Shown in pieces: positions 12,146 to 47,878 of a DNA stretch of 64,000 nt (positions within the stretch are counted from its first letter, which is position 1; the number at the start of each line of letters is the position of its first letter). Below the pieces are notes generated by a model. It ran no database searches. It worked only from the letters and a program-made list of their open reading frames with translations, and was not told the origin of the DNA. Source of the stretch: Paraspadella gotoi (taxonomy: Eukaryota; Animalia; Chaetognatha); the NCBI GenBank assembly GCA_051294375.1, contig CM119270.1:19152600-19216599 (forward strand), in the 5' to 3' direction. Made by a program: the position numbers and the translations under genes.

Positions 12146-13652
12146 TGGAAAAAAACATTCGAATTATATATCAGAGTTAAAATTAAACTCAGGAATTAAG
12201 AAAAGAAATGGGGAGCATTCGGAAAATAGCGCCGAAAACTGCTAAAAGAAAATTGCGGCGTTCGTCATTAATCAGAGGATGAATTTTCATTCCTTCCCGC
12301 AGAGTCGCTGAAAAGACGCGGTTTATGCAGGCGCCGCTGTACTCATTAACCCGCTACAGGGGATTTCCACCCGGAAAATCGATATCGCGTTTTGTAATCA
12401 ATGTTATTTTTTAATTTCGATGTCAAAAAGAAGATATTTTAGGTCATAAAACTTGGCACGAAAAAAACGCCCCTCATGATAAAAAAAATCTTATCAAATT
12501 TGCATAATATACTTTCTCGCTGATAAGTTAATAATAAATTCACCCTCGCGCATTTAAACTACGGAAAACCACAAGCAAATCTTTCGTTATGTACCTAAAA
12601 CAGTTATTTTTTCCCCTTCTCAATCTACAAAAAAAAAAAAAAAAAAAAAGATGAGCCGTTTTGGAGCGAACAAATACGACCTCAGTCGGGCTTCGTTCCG
12701 ACCCTCATTCAAATACTCGAAATGAAATGAGAGAGAAAGAAACTTCTTTCTTTTTATTGTTTAACTTTTTTTTCTCGTTCTCGAATTTGATGCTTGTGCA
12801 CTGGCGTCAATTTTTTTCAATCGCTTTCATTTCAAAGTTTATAAAGGTAAGTGTATAAAGGTAAGTTCCAGTTCGTGTGACCCTGGATGCTTTTTTTTTC
12901 AGTCGGCGCGGCTACCGGCGTTTGCCCCCAAAAAATGTGAGACGTCAATGTTGCGGTTTTGTTGCGTTTAATTGGGTTAGAATCGGAGGAAAAAGAAACA
13001 ATAAGTGAACCGTCGTGAATAAAACAAAAAAAAGAGTCACTGACTGAACTTTATGCATGATTGACTTGTTAGTTCTGGTGACATTGTTAACAAATGTTCT
13101 ATCTATGTTCTTTCTTCTTTTTTCTTCTATTTAAATAGAAAAATTACTATTTTATAATTGTCAAAAATTTTCCATTAATTTAGTCAACGCTTTTTCGACC
13201 CTTGTTTTTGACCTTAAACCTTTTACACTCTCTTTGGACGAGAGGAAATTCGGTATTCATTCTATGCTTTACTCCTCGTGACCTCTTAGATTGAGTTACG
13301 AAAAGAACTGGAGCAACAACAATAACAACAACGACAACAACAATAAAAACCCTTTGCGATTTTATTCCGAAGAAGAAACGGATAATGATCCTAATCCTAT
13401 TGATAAAACATTTATTGACTTTTTTGGATATAATTAGATAGATTTATTTATTGTTCGATAGTTTGGTTGATTACTTCATTGATTGGTGATTTGATTGATT
13501 CAATAACTGATTCATACGATGGATCTATTTACCGATAGATTGTTTTCCTGATTTTATATGATTGATTGACATTAAACCTTTCCTTACAACCACAACCTGA
13601 CTCAATTGGGAGAAAAAAAACTTTTTGTTTCATAACTTTCCTCGTTTTGCAA

Positions 13653-13689
<37 letters not shown>

Positions 13690-14049
13690 GGTTCTCGCGC
13701 CCTGGTTGCGTCGATATAAAAACCACGGCGCCCAAATCATCCGACTTTTAAGTTCACCATTTTTTTTCCTGCATCATCACATTTTTCAAAAAAAGTTTTT
13801 CGATTCCTACATTTCATATTTTTGTTTCTCCTTTATTACTACTAAAATTGTTAAAATAACATATATTTTGCGACATTTTGGGTCTTTAGATTCTCATGCA
13901 ATTTACACTGTTTTTGATCGAAATGACTTCTTTTCTGTAATCTTATTGATTAAGACCAACGCCGATGCCTATGACGACGGCAGGCCCTTTCCGTTTATAT
14001 ATCCGAACTCGGATATTGTTTGCTCTGAACTAAAATTATTTGCTTTATC

Positions 14050-14231
14050 CTTTTTATCTCGCCAGACGGGCTTAAGCCAGTCTTGGCTACATTTTTTTTT
14101 GGCTCAGCTTCTTTGTGTCGTCGTCGGCGTCATCAAAACTATATAAGAAAAAAGTGTGACGCAGACGATAACGACGACGACGACGACGACACAAAAAGTT
14201 TAAAGCGATCCAAAATCAAACGAGATAAAAA
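14050..14231. mobile_element. Small palindromic MITE-like element
   Basis: Outer IR TTTTTATCTCG / CGAGATAAAAA and inner IR TTTGTGTCGTCGTC / GACGACGACACAAA. Confidence 0.4.
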
Positions 14232-14670
14232 GAAGAATAAATAAAAGAAGATTATTGAAAGACCGAAATTCCGTCAGCATTTGACTCGCTAAACCCTATA
14301 TTTTAACATTTAGACATGAAGACTTGAAACTTACAAGTCGAAACATGTTCATTATTAAACAAAACAAATCGTTGTAGAAAACTCAATTTGCGTTTTTTAC
14401 TTTTTACACAATGAAACTAAAGGATAAATTCAATATAATATTTAGACCTTAATCCTTAATCAAAAGTCTAAAAATTGATTTAAATCAAAGCCTAATTTTG
14501 TCTTATCTGTTTTAATTTAAATATTTCCCAAATCTTCATTTCTAAAACTAAATCTAAATCCCACTTCATAAATCTTCACTCCAAGTTTCCTTTTTTTAAA
14601 ATCTAAATCCTTCCTCCTAAATCTAAGGCTCCAAATCCCTCCCTTAAATTCCCCCCCCCAAAAAAAAAGA

Positions 14671-16033
14671 ATGTCGACGAATTCCTGGACGGCGACGTCG
14701 GCGCCTGACGACGCCGTGGCGTCATTTTCTTCGTCGCCGCAGCCGAGCGCCGCTTATCCGCCCGGCGCCGTCACCCCCAGTCACTTCGCCGCCCTCGCCG
14801 CCACTCTGCCGCCTAATTTCCTCAGCGTGATCTCGGCGACGGTGGTGGCGCTGACGGCGTTGGGCGGCGCCGGAAACGTCATGGCGTTCGTCGTCGTCAT
14901 GACGAAGGAATTGCGCGAGTTAGCGCTAGGGGTCTACATGGCGTTTCTGGCCGTCTTCGATCTGCTGACTCTCGTGGGCGGGTTGGTTTGGTAAGTCGGT
15001 CATGGGTTCTCTTCTTACTTTTCTCTTTTGAGTCGGTGTCAATTTTNNNNNNNNNNCAATTTTGAGTCGGTGTCAATTTTGGACAGAATGACAAGATACA
15101 AAATCTACAGCTTTTTATTAAATGCAAGTGGATCAGTGACGTGGGTAGAATTTCCTGGCGGATGGAATCCTAGATCCGCCTTTTCGCCAAGAGAGCTTGA
15201 TTCCACTTTGATCCGGTTCCATTCGATTCCACCTTTTGAGTTTCTCTTTCTTCTGTAATGGAATTTTGTTTCAACAATAAAAATTTCTATATTTTTGTTT
15301 CTTTGTATTTTTTTTTTTTAAATAAGTTAAAATTCCATTTTCAATATTGTCCATTCAGTTCACAAACGATAATATTTTTCGTGATGTGAAAAATTTGATT
15401 ATTAAAAAAAAATGTCTGTTTTTCAATTGGGTGGGGAAATCGCTCTCAATCTCAAAAAATACATGTTAATGAGAAATGCTATTCCAATGTTATTTCAAAT
15501 AACCAATGCTCTTTTCCTAAAAATACAAAACCCAAAATTCAACTTCATGTATTCAAAACCCAAACAAAATAATCCTTTCTTTAACCATCCACCATCCCGG
15601 CCAACCCCTCTATACCACTCATCCACCATCCCGGCCAACCCCTCTTCACCACTCATCCACCATCGGCCACCCCTCTTCATCACTATCTACCATCCCGGCC
15701 ATCCCTCTTCACCACTCATCCACGCCACCCCCTCTTCACCACTCATCCACCATCCCGACCACCCCCTCTTCACCACTCATCACCATCCCGGCCAACCCCT
15801 CTTCACCACTCACCCACCATCCCGGTCCATCCCCGTCCACAGGTACATCACCCTCGTCCACATGAACCCCTCCACCTGCGCCATGAGGAGTTTCGTGGCG
15901 TGGTTCCCCGAAGCCGTCGCCAACTGGATCATCGTCGTCTTGACTCTCGATCGAATGTGTTCCATCTTCTTTCCCTTCAAGATGCGATCGTGGGGGCTGT
16001 CGACGGCCCAATCGGCGGGTGAGGGCTGTTCGG

Positions 16034-16070
<37 letters not shown>

Positions 16071-17006
16071 TAATATGTAATTTAATCAATGGATAATTCA
16101 GACACGTAATCACTCGGTTAATCAATCGATAAATTGATAATTTATTAAGCAGAAAAAAATTTTAAAACTAAGTAAACAAATCCTTTGCTCAATCAATCCA
16201 TTATCCAATCAATCATTCGATCAGTAACTGAATTAATTAATTAACGAATGAAAACGCTGACTTAAGGGTAATATAGATTAACGACGATTGACTTAAAAAG
16301 CGTTTCAATAACGTTTGCTGAAACCAATCAATCGTGTTGGAATCATTTTCCCAACCAATCAAACCAATCAGTTCGCGTTTGCGTCGTCGTCGTCATCATC
16401 ACTTTCTCCTTCAACTTTCCTCGATTTTGGTTTTGGAGATTCGATCCCGAGACGAAGAAATGCGTCATCAATGAGGCCACCGCCGGCGCCGCTACGGAAG
16501 TGTAAGGATTGGAATATCTATTATTTATTCATTATTTTGAGGTTTATTTATTTATTTTTAAATTTTTATTTTATTTATTTTTTATTCGTTTCTTTTTTCA
16601 CGTCATTATCCTTTCGCATGGAGTTGGTACAACCGGTATAAAATAATACATGCATTCTATAAAAAGCTATCTTGCCCTTGACCTTTAACAGGCATATAAA
16701 TCTTATGTTGATATACGAACTATACTTTTAAGAATAACTATAAGCACTACCTATTCTTGGGCAAGTTGTAAGCATCATTTACATACTCAGTGATACTCAC
16801 TCTTCCTATTTTCATATTCTAGTTTTAAATTTCGTCTCGTCTTATCACATGACAACTGAAGATGTCTCGAATATAAAGGAGATTCTTTCCCAACATCTGG
16901 GAACTCCTGTTGAGAGATGGATGGAAACTTGTGTCAGAGTCTCTATCTTTCATGGAAGACAAAGAGAGTGAGAGAGCGAGAGAGCGAGAGAGCGAGAGAG
17001 CGAGAG

Positions 17007-17067
<61 letters not shown>

Positions 17068-18007
17068 ACCACATTTACTGCGCCAAGAGTAAGAACGAAA
17101 ACTAAAGAGAATCTCTGACGCTTTAAGTCGGGATACTAATAATATTAATGTTAAATTATTAATGTTAAGTCTACCGATCATTTTTTTTGTCCAGCTATCC
17201 GTGGATCGGCGCCTTGGTTTACTTCGTAATTCCAGTGGCAAAATTGGTTTTGGCAAATGGCGCCGTCATCTGGCAGATCCGGTCCATGGGGAAAGACCTT
17301 CAAGCCGTCCAAATGGTGAGGCGATGGTAGAGAGATAGAGAGATGAGAGAGAGGGAAAACGAGACGAGAGAGAGGAGAGAGCAGAGAGATCGGTGGATGA
17401 GAGAAGAAATGATTAGAGAGAGTAGGCGCGGGTGGGGAGATAGGAGAGTCGAAGAGAGAGAGAGAGAGAGAGAGTATTGAATTGAAAATATAACTGCCTT
17501 TAAAAGCTATTATTTCTCAGAGAGTTTCCCCGTTTGGTTTTGAAACATTCAAGTTTAAAAAATCATATATCTCCTCAACCACTTGACCGATTGTAATAAA
17601 ATTTAAACATATGATTCTTTTTTTAAAAAATAATTAATATAATATAATTAATAATTAATAATAATTAATATAATTTTTTAAAAGAGTCTGGAATTTAAAG
17701 CAATAAAGTGGTACGTTTTTTTTGCACAGGAGTGTATTCTATTCCATTGCAATCCGCATTTAGACATTAGACATACAAACAAATGACCAAACAAAGAGGC
17801 GAAAATTGATGTGGGAATAAGAGGAAGGAAAATCCACGGGGAGCAAGGACAAATGCATCTTAGCGACCTTGGCGATTGGACAAACCTTTTAGAGAGAAAC
17901 CTGAGAAAGAGAGTGTGTGAAAGTGTGTGAAAGTGTGTGTGTGTGTTGAGAGAGAGAGACTGAGATGAGAGAGAGAGGGATGAGGACTGAGAGACTGACG
18001 ACGAGAC

Positions 18008-18045
<38 letters not shown>

Positions 18046-19486
18046 TATAAAATATATAATATAAAATTTATCTTTCTTTTTAGACGCAGCTCTCAATAAA
18101 GACGGCTCCTTCAAGGTAAGTTAATAATTAACAATACAAACATATGAACTTACCCTAATCTCAACTCCTGTTTGGTCAAGGATCCCCGAGCTGAAGCCGC
18201 GCGTCGAATGACCGTTACTCTCATCGTCGTCTCACTCACTTATTCTCTCCTCGAACTTCCCAACGCAATCGTGAAGGTCAGTTAATAAAGTATTTAAACA
18301 ATTATGAATGTATATATATCGTTACGTTAAGAACGACGCGGCATTTTTTTTTTATCCCGACTCTATAATTCACTTTGTCGGTCCGTCGGTCCGCCCTCTC
18401 TATATTGTCGGGCAACCACATAAATCATGTCAGAATATCGAATTATGATAAATTATGCAAAAAAAAAACAACGATGTCCGTTCGTCCGTCTGTCTGTCCA
18501 TCTGTCTGTCTGTCCGTCCGTCCGTCCCACCTTAGCAAAAAACTCCAATTACTCATTATTGGATGGATGGATTGGATTAACGTAGGCAGATCCGACATTT
18601 TTTTTTATCTAAAAAAAACCACGATGACAGTGACAATGCACAGTGATACAATAAAATGACCTAATAAGACATCAAAGCTCTATAGAAATATACACGACAT
18701 GACTAAAATGATGTAAATGACGTATAGTAAAAGACGTAAATAGAATAGAATAGAAAAATCTTTTCTTTTTAAATGACCTTATGACTAACATGGCAGATCC
18801 GGCAGATCCGGCAGATCCGACAGTGTTTGCTCAAGCTCGTTTTTACATTAATACCAAAAACAGTATTGACAAAATCAGAAACAGCATCGGTGTATCAACC
18901 GCTTAACGTCGCTTATTTTTTAATGCGCCGCACAATGTTTAATTTTATGGTCTTTTCCGGCAGACCCTCTCGGCAACGAGGTATTATCCCATTGAAAGTC
19001 TAAATCATCCAACGACTTTTCAATTCCTCGCCATGATCTGCTGTCAGGTCAGTTTGCTAAATTTCCTGATACTCACAGCAGATTATAAAAAAAAACAAAA
19101 ACATAAAGATATAAAAAGAATGATATCGAAGAGAAATCATCATACTGCAATATGCAAATGAGATTGAAGGGAATCTTTTCAATTTTTTTTTAGCATTGAC
19201 CAGGAAGCAGTTTTTCTACTTGACTCTCCCAATAGCTTGTCCATCCCTTCAACCTTCCCTTTTACCTCATCAGTTGAACCACTCCATCAACTTCTTCCTC
19301 TACATCATCTCCGGCAAACTCTTTCGCGCTCACGCCAAGAGGATCTTCGGTTGCGGCTTCTTCTTCGTCGACGACGAGACGATGACAAAGACGACGACGA
19401 TTTCCTCCAACGCGAAGAGCAGCTCGGGCGGGAACTCCAAGGCGGCGGGGATGTCCCTTAAAAATCCTTCCTTTGAGTCGACTTGA
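14671..19486 (+). CDS. Class A (rhodopsin-like) GPCR, FMRFamide-receptor-like/orphan peptide receptor group
   Basis: Exons 14671-14990 (TM1 GN, TM2 LAVFD), 15843-16018 (ECL1 Cys, TM3 LTLDRM), 16372-16501 (TM4, ECL2 Cys), 17195-17315 (TM5 YFVIP), 18181-18276 (TM6 RRMTVTL...LELP), 18964-19047 and 19274-19486 (TM7 NHSINFFLYIISGKLFR). All GT-AG with matching phases. A possible extra mini-exon at 18084-18115 is unresolved. Confidence 0.92.
15585..15835. repeat. Intronic C-rich minisatellite (unit ~CACCATCCCGGCCAACCCCTCTTCACCACTCATC, ~7 copies)
   Basis: Read directly, immediately upstream of the GPCR exon 2 acceptor. Confidence 0.8.
18350..18845 (+). mobile_element. Second HINE copy (5'-eroded) in a GPCR intron; a further 3' end at ~11525-11560
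   Basis: Shares CCCGACTCTATAATTCACTTTGTCGGTCCGTCGGTCCGCCC, the (GTCY)n tract, CCCACCTTAGCAAAAAACTCC and a GCAGATCCGAC...TGTTTGCTCAAGC end with 4312-5098. Confidence 0.65.
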
Positions 19487-19489
19487 AGG

Positions 19490-19658
19490 GGAGAAGGGAA
19501 GGAGAGAGGAAAAGAAAAGAAAGGAAAAGAAAGGAAAGGAAAAGAAAAGAAAAGAAAAAGAAAGGAAAAGAAAAGAAAGGAAAGGAAAGAAAGGAAAGGA
19601 AAGGAAAGGAAAGGAAAGGAAAGGAAAAGGAAAAAGGGAAAGGAAAGGAAAGGAAAAG

Positions 19659-19692
<34 letters not shown>

Positions 19693-19790
19693 GAAAAAAG
19701 AAAAAGAAAAAGAGACAAAATAAGAGAAGAGAAGAGACGAAAAGAAAAAAAATTAGGGAAGAAAACTGAAGTGAAAAGAAAAAAAATGAT
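19490..19790. repeat. (GAAAA/GGAAA)n polypurine simple repeat
   Basis: Read directly, just after the GPCR stop codon. Confidence 0.9.
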
Positions 19791-20989
19791 AGGAAATGAA
19801 ATTAAATAAAATAAGAAAAAAAAACGAAAAAGTAATTAAAATAATAGTTATTAAAAAAAGAAGTTAAAAGGGAAGTAATCGAATAGTAGACAAATAGAAT
19901 CGAATTTAAATTTATATTGACAATTATTACCATATCCAAGTCGATACACGCCGACGACGCGAATAATGTCGATTATCTAAAAATAAGAAAATAAATTGTG
20001 GGGGAGAATTGATTGTACATTTAGTCAAATGTTTAAAACACAATTATCCCCTTTCGTTTAGACTGTATACACCTTGTAATTCTCCCTGTCTTCTCTCGCG
20101 TCGGTAATTCTCTGAAAAAAATTCCCAGTTTCTAAGCAACATATCTATCATTTCGTCATAAATATTCAAGTTGTCTACTACGCATATGTTTCCCAATATT
20201 TCTTCATGTCTTCATAAGATCTCAACTATTCAGACAGCTTTTAACGTTTGTGCGATCGTGAATATTTTTTTTTCACTGTGTCCCTCTTAGCTCACTGTGA
20301 TCGTCGCTTTTGTCGTCAACGGCATTCCATTATTATTGGCAACTGTGAAATAAAAAGCCGAATTCGTTCGAAGAATAACATTTAACTAAAGCAACTGATT
20401 AAATAAAGTTTTAATTAGTTTTTTGACATTGACAAATACTCTGTGATTTGACCTTGAAAGCTCAAGAAGAGATAAAATGAAAAGAGAGTCAGTCAGGTGA
20501 TACTGCGTTATCCACTTTTATCGGATCCAAAGTTCGACTTTCGAAGTACAGGGATGTCCGACTAAAAGAAACAAAAATCTGACTTTATTCTTTCGAGTGT
20601 ATACTTTTAACTAAGGCAGGAATTCGCGATCAATGATTTTTTTTCGTGCAAGAATATGTTAATTCGTTTTTTCTTTTCGGAAAACTGAATCGATCATCGT
20701 GACACGACTGTCGAAGTTAAAAACAAACTCGCATTTTTTAATACAAACTATAAAAAAATTTACGAAAATAAACAGAAAAAGTAAAGTCGGAATCCGCTGT
20801 AGGTTTCGACCCGCCTATCGATAGTATAAAGAACTCGGATCTGTGACACCCACTTTCTGCTTGAGTCGCGCGAAAAGCAAAAAAAAAAATACGATCACTT
20901 TATAATTTTTTAAAAAATAAACAAATTCAACGAAGAAAATTCGAATCAATCAATTCCCGAACCAATCAAATATCTAACCAATCAAAGCC

Positions 20990-42255
<21,266 letters not shown>

Positions 42256-42637
42256 TTCCAAGAAGAAAAAAAAACAAATATGAACAAAACATCATCCGAG
42301 CAAATTCTCAAAGGAAATTAAAGACATCCCAGCAAGGCAAGGCAAGGCAAGGCAACTGAAAAGACAAGAGAGACTCCCCCTCATCGAACGACGCGCCAAA
42401 ACGTCATCCGCCGGCGTCGTCTGGAATTTTCCTCCCCCGCGTCTTTTCTCTCCCTCTGGCGGCGTCGCTTTTCGGTTCCATTCAACGCGATTCCATCGAT
42501 GGAAACGAGAAACCGATTTTCGTCTCGGGGAAGAAGAAAAAGACAACAACAACAACAACAACAACTGCGGAACCTGTTTTGCCAACTGCCATTTCGACTC
42601 CTTTGTACTTTTTAACATATTTACTTAAACTTCCTTT

Positions 42638-42669
<32 letters not shown>

Positions 42670-42688
42670 CTGTCTCGTCCTCTCTCTC

Positions 42689-42731
<43 letters not shown>

Positions 42732-43631
42732 CGTGTCTTTGTAAATAGAAAAATATTAAATTTTCTGAGCACATTATACACACGAGCGTTCGGTTATATT
42801 TTAGATGTTAAGATTAATAAAAAAATGATTAAGAATAATAAAAAAAGCGAAATTTTGTAGTTTGTATTTTTTTTTTTAAATAGCTGTTTTCTTTTCCATT
42901 TTACGATCGTTTTTTTTTATTCTTAATTTTTGAAAACGACGTCTAGTCTGGTTGTTAGTTTTAGATTATTTGTGGCAACAAAATAACAAGCATTACGATA
43001 TGTCGACGCATCGCCGTCTGTCCGAGGATTATTATAAAAAAGAAAACCAAAAGCTTTATTTAAAGAAAAAAATAACAAGAGCCAGTTTCCCGTATTTTTG
43101 TACAGTAAATCAAACAAAAATTCGAACAAAATTGTGAGAAAATAAATGAAGCAAAAAGAAAAAAACAAAAAAAATACTAAAACCCCCCCCAAAAAAACTC
43201 TTGAACCAGTCAATAAACTTTTTTGATGATATTTTCAAATGTGTATCTTTTAAACAAAAAAAAAATGCGGTACGAAAAAGTCAATCTCCTATTATTCTTC
43301 TTTTCTTTTTAATTTGCGTTGTTTCTTTATCTTTTTTCAAATTTTCCCGCGCGATGGGATGCAAAAAAAAAAAATAAAGAAATAAATATCCCTCGCTGCT
43401 TTTTCTCATTTGTACACAACATTCGAACGAATTCATTCGGCGACTCTGTAATCTTCCCCCCCCCCCCGAGTTTCACCAAATCTGTAATTTTTCTCGAGTC
43501 AATTTCGAAATTTCCCCAATTTCTATTCCTATTTCCATCCGTTAATTTTATTTTTTTAAAAACGTAAATTAAACCGATGTTTTTTAACGAATGTCGCGGG
43601 TCTTTAGACGGTCGATGACCACGGATCCCTT

Positions 43632-43684
43632 CTATCTCTGACCCAATCTATGACCCAATCTATGACCCAATCTATGACCGTGAC
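43632..43684. repeat. 12-bp tandem repeat (TCTATGACCCAA)x~4
   Basis: Read directly. Confidence 0.8.
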
Positions 43685-46600
43685 ATTTTTTTTTAGTCTC
43701 ATGGCTCATCAGCGAGAGAGAGAGAGAAAAAAGAAAGCAAGCAACCAGACCTCGAAGCTGCAGCGACGAAGCTAAAAACCCGGAGCTCGACCAAGCTGCT
43801 TGTCCAGACATGCAAACAGCTTTCCAAAAAAAAAAAAACAACAAAAAACCGCTCGTTTGCTTGCTCAACGATCCAGAGAGGAATCCTATGTACAACACGG
43901 TAGAGAAACAACAAACGAAACAGGAAAACGAAACAACCTAAACAAAAGGGAAACAACCTCTCGTCAAGGACGACGGTCAATAAAGATCAGACGAGCTCCG
44001 GTGCTTCGTTTTTTTTTTTTTAATTTATTTTTTGTCTGTGTAACCACACAAAAAAAAAAAACAACTCTCTTCTCATGTATCAGCTTTTTTGCTCTGCTTT
44101 TCCTTCTTATTGATGCTTCGTACTTAAATAAAGGAAGTTGGCTCTCACGTACCTTACCCTTTCACTTACTCCCCTCCCCCCCAATTTTCTTTCCCTCACC
44201 CCACTCCTCGTTTCGATTAAAAAAAGAAACGAAAGGATCTCAATTCACGGATTTTTTCATTTCTGGAAACCGTGAATCCACGAAAGAAGTTGTAAGGAAA
44301 ACATGAGATTTCCGTTACACGAGTAAGTCTATAAATTTGGTAGCGTCTTTTGAAGAAAAAAAACCCTTCCACGCCTCACTACTGACGAAAAGTCACAATT
44401 CAACCCCCCCCTTTATCTTCACAATTTACTTCTTTTTTATTCTTTTATTAAAATCGTTCGGCTTTCAAAAACATTTTATCGATATAAAATCGAAGGTACG
44501 TCTTTTTTTTTAAGCAGTCCTCTTTTTTTTATCACAGCGACCTCTCTGGGACGAAAACACAAAACAGAGATGATTTTAAACAAAAGAATTATGTTTTTCC
44601 TTTCACATTTATTTCAACGAGTTTTTTTTTCTTTTCGGTTCGACTTTTTTTATTTCTTTGATTTTTCCAGTTTTTGTAAAATTTTTCCAGAACTACTGTA
44701 TCCCCCGAGAAGAAAAAAAAACGCGGAAAAAATTGTAGCAGAATGTAAAAAAAAAAGATTTGTGGCCGATATTTACGTATTTAGTTGTCTTCTTCTAGAG
44801 TTCGTTTCAAGTTTTTTCGTTATATTTACATTTTTGGTCTCGAAATCAACGAAAACAAACAAAGAAAAACAAAGAAACAGTTCCTCTCTCAAGACGCAAA
44901 ACAAAACAAAAACGGAGCCAACTTCCGTCAAGAGGAAAACGAGGAGCAATAATCCATACATACAATTGAGTTTAACACACATGCATACAAAAAAAAACAT
45001 ACCTTTGTTTTAACTTAGGGGACAAATTGAAAAGACTGTATAATCGATAACTGCGATCCATTTACCCATATTGAGCCATTCAAGACACTGGAAACCGAAA
45101 AAGAAAACATAAGTCGGACTTTTTGGATAAAAAAAAAGAAGAAAAATCGACCAAAAAGTCGCGGAGTAGAAAAAGGAAAAAAAAAGGAAAGAGATAAAGA
45201 AAACAAAAGGAAAAATAAGAAAGAAAAGCAGAGGAAAAAAAAACAGAACTAGAAAAATCAAAACAACGATGCAAGACAACTGTCTTAAAAAAAAAAAAGA
45301 AAACAAAAGGCTACAAGATGACATTCATAACCTAAACGAGTTCCTCACTCATTGAGGAAAAAAAAAACATTTTTTTTTTGGCTTCTTCATTCGCAGCTTT
45401 TATCTCTGGTTGTAACGACGACATTCGGGTTAAAATCCGGGTTTTTTCCAGCCAATCGGAATCAATCTCGATTGAAATTCCAGCCAATGAGATTCGTAAA
45501 CCGGAAACTAGCTTCGGACATCGTCTGTGTTTTTTTTATTCAATTGAATGAACCGGATTCTCACCATAGATCCGTTGTATTGCAAAGCCTTTTTCTCATA
45601 GAGTCATTATACAATATTCATCGCGTAATATTATTACTATTAAACATAGTAATGATTTGTGTTATTTAGCGAAGCTCATTCCAAAAAAAAACATCGCTTT
45701 TAGTAATTTAAAAAGGAAAAGTTCATTTCGGCTTTGATATTCATTTTTTTTTACTTTAACCAATCGGCTTGGCCTAATCGCTGTCACTTTTTTAACATCT
45801 CAATGTGCCCTCCTTTTTATCGAATTGTATATCCTTAGCAAATATCACTCTTGTATTTTTTCCCGATCTGTCAAACGGCGTGACTCCCCCACGTCCTCTC
45901 CCCCCCCAAAAAAAAAATCGGAAATTTGTCTTAACCCAGAAAAAAAAGAGCATCCGAATTTGAAACGATAAACGAAATTTTGTCTTTAATTTCAAAATTC
46001 GTTCATTAAACCAACAAAAAAATATTGTATTGTTATTCTGTCGTAACCATAAAAAAAAGCAAAAGAGCAACACACAAATTTGTCGAAAAAGTAGTATCGA
46101 AATTTCTCTCTTTGCTGATTTTGTCAAAAAAAAAGAAAGAAAGAAGCAAAAAAGACTTGAGTCCCAATTGTATCTTCTCCCCCCCGTCCCTACTACCCCC
46201 CCCCCTCGCTCAGTCTTCCTTTTTACGGTTTTCACCGAAGTTACAGATGTAATGAAAAAAATGATTAAAAATGCTTAAAAATGATTAAATGATGACGCGA
46301 TTCGGAGGTCCGATCCCAAAATTTATTTCACGCCCACAAAAAAAAGTCTATTATATTGTATTGACACTCGAATCTTAAATTACAATGTAGACTAAACAAT
46401 TTTTATTTCTAATTCTCGAAATTGAAATTAGAATTTAAAAGTTTTTCATCGTCCGTCGTTTGTTTAAAAGTTTAAAAATCGACCGTAAAATAAGAATTGA
46501 ATAAAAATAACAAAAGTAGTATTAAAAAAAAAAAAAACTTAGAAACTAAATCTGTTTTTATTTCTTTGCCAACGGAGCGCCGCCAATGACGTAGAGACAA

Positions 46601-47878
46601 TAAAAAAAAAAAAACTAATTACGTACAGATATTGACGTAACTCCTCGTAGCTTAGCATCGATTTCTTTTCTTTTATCATCGTTTTTGTTTACAAACAAAA
46701 AACCACACATTTTTATTTTCGTAGCGACGAAATTTGAATCTCTCGAGGCGATTTTTACTTCATTTTTTAAAAAAATTATTTAGACTCCCGAAAATATTAT
46801 TTTTCTTGGACACGTAAAAATAATTATGAAATTCCGAATGCCTATGACTTGTTTATTTTCTAGATACGTCGCACGCGAGATGCGCGTTTGTTTACGTTTT
46901 TTTTTTTTGTAACTGATTTGTTTATTATAGTGAATCAATTTAGTTAATTTTTTTTATCTCGTTTTTTTTCCTTCAATCTGCACACACAAGCACGATGTTT
47001 ATCTAATAAAAACTGCTTTCTGTGTAAAAAAAAACATTCTTTTTTGGTTTTGGTTTTGGTTTTGGCAAAATTAGACGCTCACTTAAAAGTTAGAATGGAT
47101 CACAAAAGTTCCTTGAATTTAGATTTCTCTAATATTTAGATAATTTGTATAGACCCTTTTGCCAGATCGATAAAGAGGTTATACCGTTATACTATTGCTC
47201 TAATATTAAGATAATTTGTATAGACCCTTTTGCCATTTATAAATGGGCCTAGAGTTGTATTGAAAGAGCCAAGGTTAACTTGGTGAAATTTTAACAAACC
47301 GTCTTAAATTCTTTATCACCATCAGAAGAAAGATGACATTGTCGCCTGCCTTGCAAACGCGACGACGACTTTTTGCAGCGAGGAAAGAGAACGATGTCCA
47401 TTCAGTTGCAAAGCCATGGATATTGCCGACGAATGTAAAACGTTGAAGGAATCTGACCAATCTCACCAGTCTGGCCCTTGAATACTGTTCTATCCAGTTG
47501 TAAATTGTCAAAATGAACAAGAAGGAATTTTGTACATAAACATATTTTTATTCATTATTATATCTTAGCTGCGAATTAAAACAAATACAATATATTTAAT
47601 TATTACACAATTAATCAATACACAATAAACAATTAAGTGATACTTTTCTTTTTCGTCGCGGTATTTGAGATTTGAGAAATGTTTTAGTAATTATATAGTT
47701 TCATTAAGTAACTTATCATTTGGTGCAAGAATCCTTTTTTTACATTATTTTTTTTGTCGGTAAATGTATAAAAAAGTATATATATATAGTATTGGTCTCT
47801 TGAAATCAAAAGATGTTTCACAAGTGTTTAATAAAGTATTTTTTTAATTCTTCTTCATTCTAACTAAGACTTGGAAGC

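Noticed and set aside
15026-15080. Short direct repeat around a 10-N gap (likewise 52016-52180 vs 52256-52420)
   Set aside because: Contig-overlap or allelic duplication at scaffold gaps.
19458-19809. Lys/Arg-rich or Phe-rich ORFs
   Set aside because: Translation of a (GAAAA)n simple repeat.
47275-47520. 81-aa minus-strand ORF
   Set aside because: No motif, no clear splice linkage, no supporting second copy.
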